Shown here: positions 21,155-39,658 of the stretch, in pieces | Position numbering within the stretch: the stretch's first letter is position 1 | Layout of the letters: every line of letters begins with the position of its first letter | Source of the DNA: Ministeria vibrans ATCC 50519 | Taxonomy: Eukaryota; Protista; Filasterea | Assembly: GCA_943704425.1 (NCBI GenBank) | Contig: CALSCP010001907.1 | Coordinates: 1 to 39,746, forward strand | Direction: 5' to 3' | DNA: 39,746 nt | Program-made: the position numbers and the translations under genes | Notes under the pieces: model-generated | What the model saw: the letters and a program-made list of their open reading frames with translations, nothing else | Told to the model about the DNA's origin: nothing | Databases searched by the model: none

Positions 21155-21294
21155 GTTCTCTCTCCCTTCTTCTCCTTCTCACTTACTCCCCTCACCTTTA
21201 TTCCCTTCCTCTCACTCACTCCGTCTCTTTGCATGTCAAGAATGAATTTACTGTATCAAATTTTTTTTTACAATCCGTTATTAATTATTGTTAT

Positions 21295-22541
<1,247 letters not shown>

Positions 22542-22794
22542 CCCCAAAATGAATAAGATAAAAATGATTATAATCAATAATAATAATAATATTATTATTA
22601 TTATTTTTATTAGATCAAAACATAATAAGATTATAATAAATAAAATTATTTAAGTTTTGGGTTCATTTTCGAGTAAAGTTTATTGTTACAGAGACGCTAA
22701 ACTCTTATAAGTCTTATTACATATGACAGCTTAATGCTTATTGTCTTTAATAATAATATTATTATAATGACGAAAATAAAGAAAAAATAACTTA

Positions 22795-23976
22795 TTAACA
22801 GAACTTGGTTCTTCGACGGAGCACGTGCAAGAGAAGAACCAAGGCACAGCCAGAAGAGACAAGAAAGAGTAGATTGAGAGAGGGTTGTGACAGCGATAGG
22901 GATTCGTGATCAAGTGGGGCACTGGCGGTGGTGGTGTCTTCCTCTGAGCGAGACACGGGTGGTGAAGAGACTGGTGGAGGGGGTGGAGGGGGTGGAGGGT
23001 GGGCGGCGATGCCCACGTCGGCCACCACAGTTGTCTCGCCCTCTTTACCACTGTACGTCATTTTACTGAGGAGCTCCTTCACTTGCGCCATCTTCAAGTG
23101 GCCATACATTTTGTGGACGCCCAACGGAAAGGGATGTGGAAATACCTCGACGGAGAAGGAAAGGGCGACGTCACGCGTTGCCAGCTTGGTAGTGGGATCG
23201 TCGAGAACACACGTGGCAAGGTAGCCGTCCTCGGGTCCCGGATTGGCTCGGCGTGGCAATGCACGTTGCACAGCGCGTGCAATGACACCGCCGGGCGCAA
23301 CACACCTTTTCATCGTGCTGATGGATCGAATGGAGAAGCCACCGTTGCCGACGATGCCGCCGTCCGAGGAACGTGTCGTCTTGGGGTTCCCACCCATGTC
23401 CCATGGGGCGCCCAAATAGTCATATTGCATGTACTCATCGATGCCGGGGCGGAGCAACAGGCAGTCGGTGTGCAGAAAGAGAATGTGATCGCGCACCACC
23501 GGGACCATGGCGTCCCAGACGAGAGGCGACATGAAGAAATAGTTCATCCAGATGGCGGGTGCAGTGGGGTTTGACGGGTCAAAGTGAGTGCCTTCGAATG
23601 GCACCTCTTCTTGTGTGGTAAACACAATGTTTGGAACGTCTGCAAAAATGTCTCTCATTTGCTCCAAATTGCTTTGTGTGCAAAATATCTGGACGGACCA
23701 GGTGAACTGGGTCTTGAGCTGGATGAAGTACATGACATTGTAGACGACATACTTGGCGAGCGCAACGGCGTCGGGCAGCGTGCGAGGCTCAATCAGCACA
23801 ATCGCATAGTCGCACTGGTCGCCACGCGCACACACCACAGGCGTGTGCTTGTACAGCTCGGCCTCGGTGGACTTGAGGTGCGCATGGTACATCTTGCTGA
23901 CTGCCTCGTTGATGTACAGCCCCCGCACAGCCAGCAGCTGCAGCAGCACGAGCACACCGGCAACGCACAGGCGCAT
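22795..23976 (-). CDS. DUF5672-family putative glycosyltransferase with signal peptide, Pro-rich linker and C-terminal TM; single exon
   Basis: AIVLIEPR, ILFLHTDCLLL, YDYLGAPW, VGNGGFSIRS, EDGYL, FSVE and PLGVHK are the characteristic DUF5672 motifs. Both the N-terminus and the C-terminus (LLFLVSSGCALVLLLHVLRRR) are hydrophobic. Confidence 0.8.
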   Translation of the reverse strand: MRLCVAGVLVLLQLLAVRGLYINEAVSKMYHAHLKSTEAELYKHTPVVCARGDQCDYAIVLIEPRTLPDAVALAKYVVYNVMYFIQLKTQFTWSVQIFCTQSNLEQMRDIFADVPNIVFTTQEEVPFEGTHFDPSNPTAPAIWMNYFFMSPLVWDAMVPVVRDHILFLHTDCLLLRPGIDEYMQYDYLGAPWDMGGNPKTTRSSDGGIVGNGGFSIRSISTMKRCVAPGGVIARAVQRALPRRANPGPEDGYLATCVLDDPTTKLATRDVALSFSVEVFPHPFPLGVHKMYGHLKMAQVKELLSKMTYSGKEGETTVVADVGIAAHPPPPPPPPPVSSPPVSRSEEDTTTASAPLDHESLSLSQPSLNLLFLVSSGCALVLLLHVLRRRTKFC

Positions 23977-24332
23977 TGTTTGTCAATTCCCACTTGCGAC
24001 TTGCGGTCGGCGTTGTTTCCGCGCTGGGTATCGATCGGGGTTGCTGCAACAGCCAGCAAGCGCGCGGCGGGGCTTGTGGGGAGATACTGAAAAAGAAGTG
24101 ATCGCAGACTCACTGACTCAGCAGAGAGAGTGAGAGAGTGAGACTCTGTCTCAGACTGAGAGAGAGATCAGAGAACTATTTCAAAATTAGTAATCGAATA
24201 ATGTCATTTGTCAACTTTATATACATGGGTTGAAAAATATCACATGTAGAATCGTAAACCTGTGTGATGCCAAAGACGGCGATGAGTCATGACTCATGCG
24301 TGTGATAACCTTCGTCGAAAACAAACTGCTTC

Positions 24333-25174
<842 letters not shown>

Positions 25175-25444
25175 TTAAAATTTGAGTTTTGACAATTTCG
25201 AATATTTTTTGTCCCAATAATTCTCACTCCATTCACTCTGGTATCGGTATGTTCCATATCGGTTCATGTACAATGTCAATGCGATCTAAAAGACGTTGAA
25301 TCAAATCTTCGAGACTGCGACGTGGTACTGTCGCGTGGAAGTTTCTTGATCTAACTCAACCCAACAACTGACAGTTCATACAATCAATTGAGTTTCAATT
25401 CACTTCTCAGTTTTATTCAGTCCCTTTGTCTCTTGTCTTTTAGT

Positions 25445-26262
<818 letters not shown>

Positions 26263-26550
26263 GCCACACAATGGAGAGACCAGCCGGATTATCTTGCCAT
26301 CTCTTGTACGAATACACAGCTGTAATGGATTTAAGGGGTATTTTTTGTGGACACACTTGGAAAAAAAAATCTTCATTTCCATTCTCTCTCAAACACACAA
26401 ACACAGAGACACTCTCTTTCAAAAAAAACAACAAAAAAGGGGGAATAAGCAAAAATGATTGTGTATGAACACACAAAAGAGGCGCAAAAAACAAGTGTAC
26501 ATACACAAAGAGAGGAGGGGCGGGAGAGACACAGCGTAAGAGAGCACTTA

Positions 26551-29419
26551 TTACTTGCTCTTGCTCTCGACAGACGCGACAAGCTTCTTGAGAGCAGGGG
26601 TGTCGTAGCTCTTGGGGCGCTCAATGGGCAGACCAAGTGCGCGGTCCATCACCTGAAACACACCACAGTCGGTTGGTCAGTCAGCGAGTGAGTCAATGAT
26701 ATGTGTGTGGATTTCTTGAGTGTGTGCGTACGAGGGATGCGAGAACACCGAGAGAACGGCCGACGCCAAAGAGAACTGTGTAGTACTACGAATAAAAGAG
26801 AAAATGGAAAGGATTACGACAAGAAAGAGATTTATTTATTGCCTCTTGTGATGATACCTCCATCTCGGACAGACCGTAGTAGCGCAGGAGCACACCACTG
26901 TGCGCATCCACGTTCGGGTAAGGGTTTGCAACCTACACCAATTGCGACACTGTCAATAGCTGTGAACAACACAATGACAACATTGTACCTTTCCAAGCTT
27001 GTTGAGGATGTCGGGAACAACTTCGTAGACGGCACCAACGAGCTTGAAGAGATCGTCGTTGGGGAGGTGCTTGAGGGCAAACTCACGCTGGCACGTGTAG
27101 CGAGGATCTGTCTTGCGCAGGACAGCATGACCTACAACCAAAAAGAGGCAATTAGTCTTGTGTGTGTGTGGGTATCTCTCTCTCTATCACTTTGTTTCTC
27201 TCTCTCTCTATCACTTTGATTCTCTCTCTCTATCACTTTGTTTCTCTATCTCTCTATCACTTTGATCCTCTCTCTCTATCACTTTGTTTCTCTACCTCTC
27301 TATCACCTTGTTTATCCCTCTCTATCACTTTGTTTCTTTCTCTCTCTCTCTCTCCATCCTTCTCTCTCTCTCTGTATGTATGTGTACCGTAGCCGGGGAC
27401 AACCTGGCCGGCTGCGAGCGTCTTGTTGACCATCTCGGCGACCTTGGCAGGGGTGACTTCGGCATCGCCCATCGACTCCTTGAGCTTCATGAGCCACAGA
27501 AGCACCTCCTGGTTGGCAAGACCGTGAAGGGGACCAGCAAGACCTACCAAAAACAATGTGTGCAGCGTGAGTGCCTTGGGAGTTGGAATAATCAGGTTAT
27601 ACCGGCCATTCCGGCAGAAAAGGACAGGTAGGGATCAGAGAGAGTAGAGCCGACAAGGTGGGTGGCGTGAGCACTAACATTGCCGCCCTCGTGGTCCGAG
27701 TGAATCGTCAGGTACAGGCGCATCAGCTCAGTAAACTCGTGCGAGTCCATGCCCAACAGCGAGGTAAAGTTAGCCGACCAGTCCTAATGACACAACAGCA
27801 CCACGGTGGGTTAATAAAGAAGGATAGGTAAGAGAGGAATATTAAGAGATGGGTAGAGAGAGAGGGAGAATGAGGGAAAGAAACAAAATGATAGAGACAA
27901 AGAAAAAGAATGGAGAGAGCACTGGAGACAATAAGATACCTTCTTGGGATCAACAACGCCAATGGCGCCGTCCTTGTACACGTTGCGGTAGATCATGGCA
28001 GCAATGACCGGCAGCTTGGCGATGAGGTCCAGCGAATCCTCAAACGTCGACAGCCAGTACTCGCTCTTGGGCACTCCCGCCGCATACGCTCGCGCAAACT
28101 TACTCTCGCTCTGAAGAGCAGCCTTGAAAAGTAAAAATTCAAAATTAAAAAACCCCCGTTCAGTATTGCTATGATTATAATTTTTATAATTGTACCGACG
28201 CAGCCACAAGTTGACTCATGGGATGGAGCGTGTCCGGGAAGTTGTCGAGCATCTGCACGACGTGGCTGGGAATGTCCGCTCGGCTCGCAAGCTCGGCACT
28301 CAGACCAGCAACCTTCGGAAATGAGTGAGAGAATGATAAGAACAATAATAATAATAATAATGATGGCAGTTATGAGCAAACGAATTGACGTTCGTTTCTC
28401 TTCTTGGTTCCTGTACCTCAGCCTGAGTAGGGATCTCGCCCGTAAGCAAAAGCCAGAAAAGACCCTCGGGGAGAGGCTCGCTGCCACCCTCGGCTTTGGG
28501 AAGCTTCTCCTGGCACTCAGCGATGCTGTACCCGCGGAAGCGGATGCCCTACACATTCATTGTACACACACACCGAGTATCAATATATGCATTTGAACTG
28601 CGCCCTCTTGCGCCAGCAATGCCACCGTACCTCTTCTGAGTCAAGAAGGGACGTCTCGGTGACAAGACCCTTGATGCCGCGCATGCCGCCGTACATGGCA
28701 CCGACCGTCACTTCACCGACCACTACGTTGCCCTTCTCCTTACGAAACTGCTTCACTTCCTCTTGCTTCGCAGGAATGATCTGCGTCAGGCGATCCTTCA
28801 ACGACTGTGACAGCAAAGAGAGAGAGAGTGTGTGTGTGTGTGAAGATCAGTCAATCGCACATTTTTTTCTCGAGCAAAAAAATACAATCTCATTCGTTGT
28901 GAACCCCACGCAAAAAAAAAAAAAAACACACACAGGCATCAGCGATTGTCGCCACATGACTTGACAAGTGCGGCTATCACCGCGGGCACCAATGCAAAGG
29001 GACACAGCGATCGAGCGGGCACACGAAGATCAGTTTCATGTGAAATGACACGAACACTTTGGATTGGCCAAAAAAACGAGCTCAATACTCATCGGAGACG
29101 CGTCACGCACACAAATCACCCCCCTATTCAAGCCTGTGCACGTGTTGTCGGGCAACAGAGCGAGCATTGAGGGCAATTTGGAGAGGATGACTCAATTTTT
29201 TTTTTCTTTTTTTTTTCCTCTTTTTTTCTCAATGTGTGGCATCTGAGAGTGATCGTACCGTTGCCGCCGGGGCTGCCGAGGAGTAGGACTGCTTGCTGAT
29301 CTACAAGGAGGGAAGGCGGCCGCAGGAAAGGGTTCAATCGCGGCGAAATCGGCTTGTCAGACTCGTACGAAGACACCGGCGCGACGGACTCCATGGGAGA
29401 GAGCTCGAACCACGCTCAT
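26551..29419 (-). CDS. CS: Mitochondrial citrate synthase (about 12 exons)
   Basis: Presequence [17 protein letters not shown]|[14 protein letters not shown]|, [49 protein letters not shown]|[18 protein letters not shown] and [11 protein letters not shown]. Confidence 0.96.
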
Positions 29420-30045
29420 TGACAGAGAATACGAATATCCAGTAGTACACGTGAAAAAATGGTGATGGATTATTTTTTTAAATGAGTCAATGAGTGATCA
29501 GTGATGAATTGAGTTTGAGAGAACTTTGCCTTGACTTGTGGCTGAATTCACTGTGACTTTGGATCAACCCACTTGGCGCCCACCTATTTACTGATCACTC
29601 TATACTCTATAGTCTACAGCCGCGATCGGTGGTCAATGGTGAAGCGCCCGATGATTCTTTATTATTTTCAGAGGGTACTTCCCAATATCCAAATGTGATC
29701 CAAATGACTGTGAAAGATTGACATAGTCAGTGATCAGTGATCAGTCAACAACCAAAACAATTGTCTTCCCTCTACAACGGCAAGTACACACCACCTTGAG
29801 CTTCCAACGCCAACCGGCCTTCGTGAGCAGCGCACCTGAAGCAGACCCACCGACCTGTAAGTTCTGCATCGCCCTTCAAACCTTCGCGCCGCATCTGCCG
29901 CCAAACACTCTGTATACAAGACACCTCTGAAAACGCGCCCCACTCACCCCGCCTGCCCTTTTTGTTTCCCCTGCAGAAGTTCAGGCGAAGGAGTGAACAC
30001 ATCAACGAAAAAAAACCAAGAAAGAAAAGCACCCTGGGCCCAGCG

Positions 30046-31726
30046 ATGCCGCCACCACCACCCCCCCCGGCACCCCCGGCGGCCCCTCCGCCGCCGGCCA
30101 TGGCGGCGCCCCCCGCAGCCAACCCCAAGGCGCGCAACGCCCTTCTCGGCGACATTCAGAAGGGCGCCAAGCTGAAGAAGACCGTCACCATCGACAAGAG
30201 CGCCCCCATGATTGCCAGTACGACCCCTCGCCCTTGCTCTCCTCCTCTCCTCGCCTTGCTTTCTTTCACTCTTGGCCCTTTTTTATGCTTTCTGTTTTTA
30301 AAAAAAAATCTCTTGGCTGTTCCTACGAGCCATCTAACGCCCGTCACGTCTGTAGAACCCAGCGGAGGCTCACCGGGAGGAGGCAGTCCGAGCCCTGGAG
30401 GCGGCGGAGGAGCAGGAGGCGGCGGTGGAGCAGGTCAGTCCTTCTTTTTTTTTTTACCATCAATGTTACTATTATGATTACTATTATTATTATTTTTTTT
30501 TTGCTATTGATGACGAGTGATTCTCTCTCACTCACTCTCGGTGCTCATTCGCTCACTCTTCGTTTCTTTTTTCTTTACTCCTTTTTGCTTGTTTGTGTGT
30601 GTTCATCTAGGTCCTCCTATGGGTGGCCTTGGCGGGCTATTCGCTGGTGGTATGCCAAAGTTGAAGCCTGCAGGCTCCAAAGGTCCTCCGTCGCGAACGG
30701 GCGCTGGTGGTCCACCAAGACTGCCGCCGGGCGCAGGCGCAGGCGCAAGCGGTCCGCCCACACCACCAGCCTCAAGCAAACCCCTGTCACCGCCGACCCT
30801 GAGGAAGGTGGGGCCTCCACCGCCCGCCAACAAACCTCTGTCACCCGCGCCCGATCGTCGTGCCGGTCCACCACCTCCATCCAGAGGTGGCATCCCCGCT
30901 CCAAACTCAAATCCAGCTCCACCGCCTCCTAGTAGATCACGTGCTGGACCCCCGCCACCGTCGCGTGCGGGTGGGCCTCCACCACCCCCCGCTCGGGGTG
31001 ATGGTATTCCCCCTCCAGCTCGCTCAGCACCTCCACCCGTAAACCGCACTGCGCCTCCACCCGTAGCCCGCACTGCGCCTCCACCCGTAACCCGCACTGC
31101 TCCTCCCCCGCCGTCAAGAGCAGGCGGTCCGCCACCCCCACCCGCTCGTGGCGGTGCAGTGCCCCCACCTCCAGCAAGAACAACGGCACCACCCCCTCCA
31201 CCGGGCAACCGTGGCTCAGCCCCCCCGCCGCCCTCTCGTGGTGCCGCTCCGGCTGCCCCTCAGCGCTCCAACACAGCGACCCGCCGTGCTCCACCGCCAC
31301 CAGGCCCATCGCGCGCCAACGCACCGCCTCCCCCATCGCGCTCAGCCGCCCCGCATGCACCCCCTGCGCCCGTCCGTGGTGCAGCCCCGCCTGCCCCCTC
31401 TCGCACCAGCGCGCCCCCACCTCCCTCTCGTACCAACGGAGGTACTATGCGCCGTACTGCCCCCGCTCCCGCACCCCCTTCACGAGGTACTCCACCGCAG
31501 CGTAGGGTCTTTTCACTCTTGACTTTGGTTGTACTAAAAAAATGCACCTTTCTGTTTCATTTTGTGTTTAGGAGGCCCTCCACCCACTGTCGGTGGCGAT
31601 TTCGCCTCGCGTTTCCCCTTCCCCAACGACCTTCCACCCGTGCCGCGCTGGTACGCTGGGCCCAAGACGTACCCCAGTCACAAGAAGTCGGTGGCAGGTA
31701 TTCCAAAGCAGTCGTCGCGTGTTTGA
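30046..31726 (+). CDS. WIPF: WASP-interacting protein (WIP/verprolin family)
   Basis: N-terminal polyproline and WH2 RNALLGDIQKGAKLKKTVTIDKSAP. Second motif LGGLFAGGMPKLKP. A long Pro-rich core is followed by a C-terminal WASP-binding-like segment DFASRFPFPNDLPPVP....KTYPS. Confidence 0.9.
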
Positions 31727-31923
31727 GCACTCGACCCTGATCAAGTGCGAGAATCGAGGGCGAGAATACGCCAAACAGAGAGGCAGAGAGACAGAGAGAC
31801 ATAGAGAGCATGAATCGTCGAAAGAGAACAATTTTGTACACCATATAAAAATTTACTGATCAGTAAATTCTATTAATTTAAAAGTTAAAAGCTCCAATTA
31901 ACAGTTTTTTTAATCTTCTCGTG

Positions 31924-33684
<1,761 letters not shown>

Positions 33685-34133
33685 TAAGAAAGGATTGTAC
33701 AGATACAATGAGTTGTACATGTGTATACAATGGCTCTTTTGGTCGATGATCGGGCAGATTATTTCGTCCTTAATGACTGACAGAGCATCTGAGTGCGATG
33801 TATATATAATTATATATATATTTGGGTGGAAGCTGATCAACGAACGATCGAGATTCTACATCTAATATTTATCGCATCGCATCAGCCGAAGTGTTCTGTC
33901 CCTTCTCGACGCGCATGTAGCTTAGAAGGTGGTTCTCTATTTTCCTTAGTGACACTGTTGCTTTTGAATTAAGAGTACAGACAACGAACTTGGACGTTTA
34001 CTTTTTCAACCACACAATACACCTAAGTCACATTTGACATTTATCATAATCACATTAATTCCCTTTGTCTGTGTGTGGCTCAACTTGTGTGTTTCTGTCA
34101 CTGCAAAGCTAGAGCACACACGGCACTCCAACA

Positions 34134-35490
34134 ATGAGCGACGTTGAGATTGTGCGCGTTGTACGGTGATCGTCGTTGGCACTTGATCGCCCCTTAACTC
34201 TCCCGTCGCTCTCGTCTCTAGCGCATTGCCGTCGATGTGGACACGGCGAATAGGTCCCTCTCTGGCTGCACTGTCGCACAGATCCGACGAACCCCCGAGG
34301 GTGCCGATGCCGACCAAACAGAGCTCTGGTAGGCGATGGTCGTGCAAATGGCAAACGTCGTTTTTTTTTTCTTCTTCTTTCTTCTCTCTCTCTCTCGTTT
34401 TGGGGTTTTGACGCACTCACGCTCCACTGTAGGCCCGAAATCTTCTTCGACATTGGCGACTATGGCGTCTACCACATATCGGTGAACGACATCGCGGTCA
34501 ACGACTTCCACTATGGCGACTACGAGTCGGAGATTCTCGACGAGACGACGCCCGACAAGGATCGCGCGTTTCTCTTCCAGAAGCACGTCGAGAGCGAACC
34601 ACTGCCGCGCATTCAACTCTCCGTCCCCAGCCAACTCCAGCGCGCCACCGAACTCACCGTGCGCCTTGATTTTGCGTACGAGCCGGAACAGGGATGTGCT
34701 CAGCTGACGGACCGTGAGGCCGGCTGCATTGGCACCGCCGTCCGCTTTGTCGCCGCGTCGCCCAGCGTCGTTGCCCACGCCTACACCGACAACAGAGATC
34801 TTCCCTGGTTTCCCTATCCGTACTTTTACTACGATCACATCGACGAACCGTTGGATCTTGACCTCGAGGTACGCAATAAGATAACTGCTTGTACGTTTTT
34901 CATCATTAATCTTTGTTCGCTTTTAGATCACATGTGGCGAAGACGAGGTTGCTGTTAGCACAGGCGATGTCCAAGAGACGCTACTAATGGGCGACTCGCA
35001 AACCAAGCTGTTTGTCTACTCGTTTGCGCGTCCCGTTCGGCCCAACACAGTCGGGTTTGCCGTCGGGCCCTTTGCTGTTCTTCCCTCCCCGCCTCATCTC
35101 ACCTCCTTTGTCACTCCTGCTCTTATTCCAGAAGTGATCCACTCCACAAGTTTTCTCCCCAAGGTAACACGCGATGTCGTACAGAACGTCACTCAAAACA
35201 CATATGTTGTTTCAGGCGATCAATTTTGTGCATGAGCTTCTGGAGTCGGCCAAGACAATCAGTCACTTCCGCCTGTGCTTTGTATTTGGGCACTCGTCAT
35301 CCGTCTCGCCCTTCACCGCTTATCCCGGTCTGGTTATTGTCGACGCGGCTGTGCTCCACTCGTCGCGTGTGTTAGACGTCCAATTTGCTACCAGACGCAC
35401 TCTCATTGCCGCTTTTGTCGCGCAGTGGTTTGGAGGGTACCCTCATAAAAGAGAGAGAGAGAGGGAGGGGGGTTGAAACAAAGTGATAAA

Positions 35491-35542
<52 letters not shown>

Positions 35543-38500
35543 AGTGATAGAGAGAGAGAGAGAGAAACAAAGTGATAGAGAGAGAGAGAGAAACAAAGTG
35601 ATAGAGAGAGAGAGAGAAACAAAGTGATAGAGAGAGAGAGAGAGAGAGATTGAAACAGACAGAGTGATAAGAGAGAGAGAGTGTGTGTGTATGTCATTCC
35701 ATCTTACTTGTGTCTGTAATGAATATAGACTGATACCAACGAAGAGCAAGCGGGACGAGTGGATTGCGGTGGGTCTGCAGCAGTTCATTGCGACTCTCTA
35801 TGCGCGTGATATGTACGGGGACAATGAGCTTAGGTAACGCACACTTACTCAGAGAGGGAGAGAGATAGACAGCAAGAGAGAGAGAGAGAGAGAGAAACAA
35901 AGTGATAGAGAGAGAGAGACAAAGTGATAGAGAGTGTATGTTTGTGTGTGTGCTGCTCAGGTTAGGCTGATTTTGATTGGATAGGTTTCATTATCACAAT
36001 ACGACTCGTGAGCTCACAGCAGAAGATGCAGACGCGCTCTGTCCACCTTTGGTATGCTGCTGATATCAATTAGAATTGTACAATGTATTGACTCTTTTTG
36101 TTTGTGTGTGATTCAGTGGGACCAGTGCGCACTCAACTACGCTCAGTTTGCGCGTCGGAAGAGCATGACTGTGATGCGAATGATTCTGCTTCGCATTGGC
36201 GACACTGCAATGCGAAAGGTCTTTGTCGAACTTCGCAAAACCTGCACTTACCTCACAACGGGCGTACGGAATCAGACAAGAATCACTAATAATTTTTGTT
36301 TTGTCACATTAATAATAACATTATTATCTATGCCACAATTGGCTTACCACTTTCTGCCACACATACGCACGTTCTTTCTCTCTCACTTGTTATCACTCAC
36401 CCATTTACTCACTTTCTGTCTCTTTTGTCTTCTTTCTCTTCTGTGTCTGTACAGAGCTTTATGAAGATCGTTGAGACACAAGGAGACGTGGAGCTGACTG
36501 CATTTGCACGGCAGTGGGTGTATGGCGGTGGTGGCTGCTTCTTCAAGTCCAAGGGTATCTTCTCAAAGCGCAACAATGCTGTCGAGTTGGACGTCAGACA
36601 GGTACATCAATTAGCATTGCTGATAGTGGTTGGGTTGGAGTTACTTTATGGCTGTTGAGATGTGACATTGTGAATTGTGTCCTCTGTTTGCAAGCGTGTG
36701 TTTTTTTCAAACACACATACACACACTCTCTCTTTCTTTTCTGCGCGTTGACTGTTGTGTTGTTCTCTGTTTAGGCGACCACTTCTGCTAGTATTATGGA
36801 GCGAGTGGATCGCGATACTAAGGAAATTGAGTGTCGCGAAGACGGAAAGTTTGAAGTACGAGTCGCTCAAAGCGCACCCAGAAACTATCAAGATCAACTA
36901 TTAACTTACTGTTACCTTCATTTTGTTTTTATGATAGGGAGATATTACAGTGCGAGTGATGGAAAACGATGGACAATCACATGACCATTCAATCCGCATT
37001 GGAAAACAACGCGTCAAAATTGACGTTGTCATGAAGTCACGGGTACGAAACGAAAAAGCAATCAGTGAGAGAACATAAGTGTAAACGTGTGTCTTATTGT
37101 TTTTTTATGATCTGTTAACTGTGTGTATGCTCGTGTTGTGTAGACTCGCTATCGGCGCAAGTTCAAGGAACTGCCACTCACCACTGGAGAAGTATTTCTT
37201 GTCGAAATGTTTCCCGACGAACTGTAAAGCCACCTCTCAAAAAAAAACTCTTCTCCCTTTCACACTTATCTGTGTTTTGGGTGTGTTTCTTGCACTGACA
37301 CAACTTGCCGTTCATATTAGTGAGGATTCTGCGATTCTGTTCTTTCAGCTTGATCCTGAGCGCGCGTGGATGCGCGAAGTTCACATGTCGCAAGACTCGC
37401 TTCAGTGGGGCTATCAGCTGATGCTCTCCCGCGACGTTTCCACCCAGATTGACGTAAACCCATATCCACTGACACATACTTACACACTAAAAAGACACGC
37501 ACACACACACACACACACATTATATATTCACTATCACACGAAGCGCGCACTCACTCTGTATCGTCTTCTTTGGTGCTCTGGGATTTGTGTTTTTCTTTAG
37601 GCAACCATTGCGCTGTCCACAATGGCGACGGGAATGGCCATGATTGAGCTGAAGAATTCTCTGAAAGACTTTCATCGCTTCTGGCGGGTGCGCTGCTACT
37701 CTGCTGCCGCCATTGTCAACGTATCCTTCTATCTATCGTTCTTCTTTGTTCTTCGCTCTCACTGTTTTTTTTTTTCTTTCTTTCGTTCCGACACTGCATC
37801 TCCCTTGAATCACTGTTCCGCTTCTCTAGATTTACACCAAGACGAAGGAAATCAAAGTGCTCGAGATGCTGTTGCCGATTGTGCAGGAACTGTTCGTTGC
37901 GTACAAGAGCGATCCGCCAGTGGCTGCACCCAATGCGTTTCAGCGGGACATTCAGCTGTACTGGATGCGCCAAGCCATGCCCTACGCTCTTGCCGCCGCA
38001 CGCGATGGTGCGCGCCTTTGTCCTCAGGTGAGGGAGAGAAAGAGAAGGGAGAAAGAAACAAAGTTATATATAGAGAGAGAGAGAGAGGAGGGAGAAAGAA
38101 ACAGAGATAGTGATAGGTGCGTTGGGAAGAATACGTGAGGAGAACTTTTTGCGTATTTAGAGTGATGTTTTATGTATGTGGTTTTTTTTCTGCTTACTGA
38201 CTCCAATTCCTTCAAGCCTGTGATTGAGTTTCTCTTCTTCCTTCTTGAGGGCAACGACAACAGTGAAAACGACGTAACACAACAACAAACCCCACAACGA
38301 TCCTACGCTGAACATTGTTTTGTCTTCCTATTTCTCTCTCTGCTTAATAGTACTCTGACAGCCATTTGGTGAGCTGGCTGATCCGTGCGTTTGCCAATGC
38401 GTGTGCTATCACGCCCGACACCACTCTTCCCCTCTACACTCACCCGCGCTTCGCTGATCCCGTCGACAATATCTACAATCCCTTTACTCCAGGTAACATA

Positions 38501-39596
38501 GGACTCTTCGTTTCTCTCTCTCTCTCTGACTGATTGTCTCTCTCTATCACTTTATTTCTCTCTCTCTATCACTTTGTTTCTTTCTCCCTCCTTTTTCTCT
38601 CTCTCTATCACTTTGTTTCTTTCTCCCTCCTTTTTCTCTCTCTCTATCACTCTGTTTCTTTCTCCCTCCTCTCATAGAACAACTCTTTTCGCTGAACGAT
38701 CACGTTGTGCGTCTGCTCAACAATGACCGGATTCTCCCGTCTCATAGGTAAAAGAAGAATACAAAAAAATTGAAATCGCTTACGTTTCTTACCCCGATTG
38801 AATTATAGATATGTGATCACAACTGCGTGTCTGGAACTCACACGGGCACTGCAGTTGTGCAATGCCATTCCCTCCGACCTCTCTTTTTTTGCAGAGTATC
38901 TTCGGTAACACTTTGCACATTTAATCGTCACATTTTTACCCTTTGACCTGCATACTCCTTGACTCACTTGTTCACTGGCATTGACCCGCACTCATTGGCT
39001 CACTCGCCAAATCACTTGCTCACTTATCGACTCTCACTTTGTAGTCTTCACGATTCAGTTGACGTGCGCAAGTGCGCAGCAAACATTCTGATGCGAGAGG
39101 CACTGCGGACTCTGAGTGCGTCTGCCGCAGACGATGCACTCCCTGAGACGATGGAACAGATTGATCAGCGCGAGTCTCTTCTCAACACTCTTGTTACTCT
39201 TATCGCTGATCCCTTTGAGCCTCTTGAAGTAATCTCGTATAGTTTTCTGAATTTTTATTGATTTATTTTTGCGTTTTTTTGTTTTCTTTCTTTTGTGTGT
39301 ATCTGTCATAGTTGCGCGAGTTTATTGCGGGACTGATCAACGCCAATGCGAATGCGCTCAAGCGCAATATGCGTCTCAAAGACACACTCTGGCGACTGGT
39401 CCTGTAAGCACACCCAGCACACACAGTCGCACACATGGCGCACACATGGCGCGCACACACGCACACTCACACTCACGCGCGCACTTATCCACTCACCTAT
39501 TGCGTCTCTCTCTTTCTCTCTGTGTCTCAATCTGTTTCTCTCTGTGTCTCAATCTGTTTCTCTCTGTGTCTCAATCTGTTTCTCTCTCTGTCTCAA

Positions 39597-39658
<62 letters not shown>

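Noticed and set aside
26545-26570. Citrate synthase ending SKSK*, as a possible cryptic peroxisomal signal by readthrough
   Set aside because: The end is not a PTS1, and tandem TAA TAA stops are not a readthrough context.
29128-29394. [17 protein letters not shown] as the citrate synthase N-terminus
   Set aside because: Its splice phase does not match the SLKDRL exon. The ATG at 29419 with two small exons gives an in-frame mitochondrial presequence.
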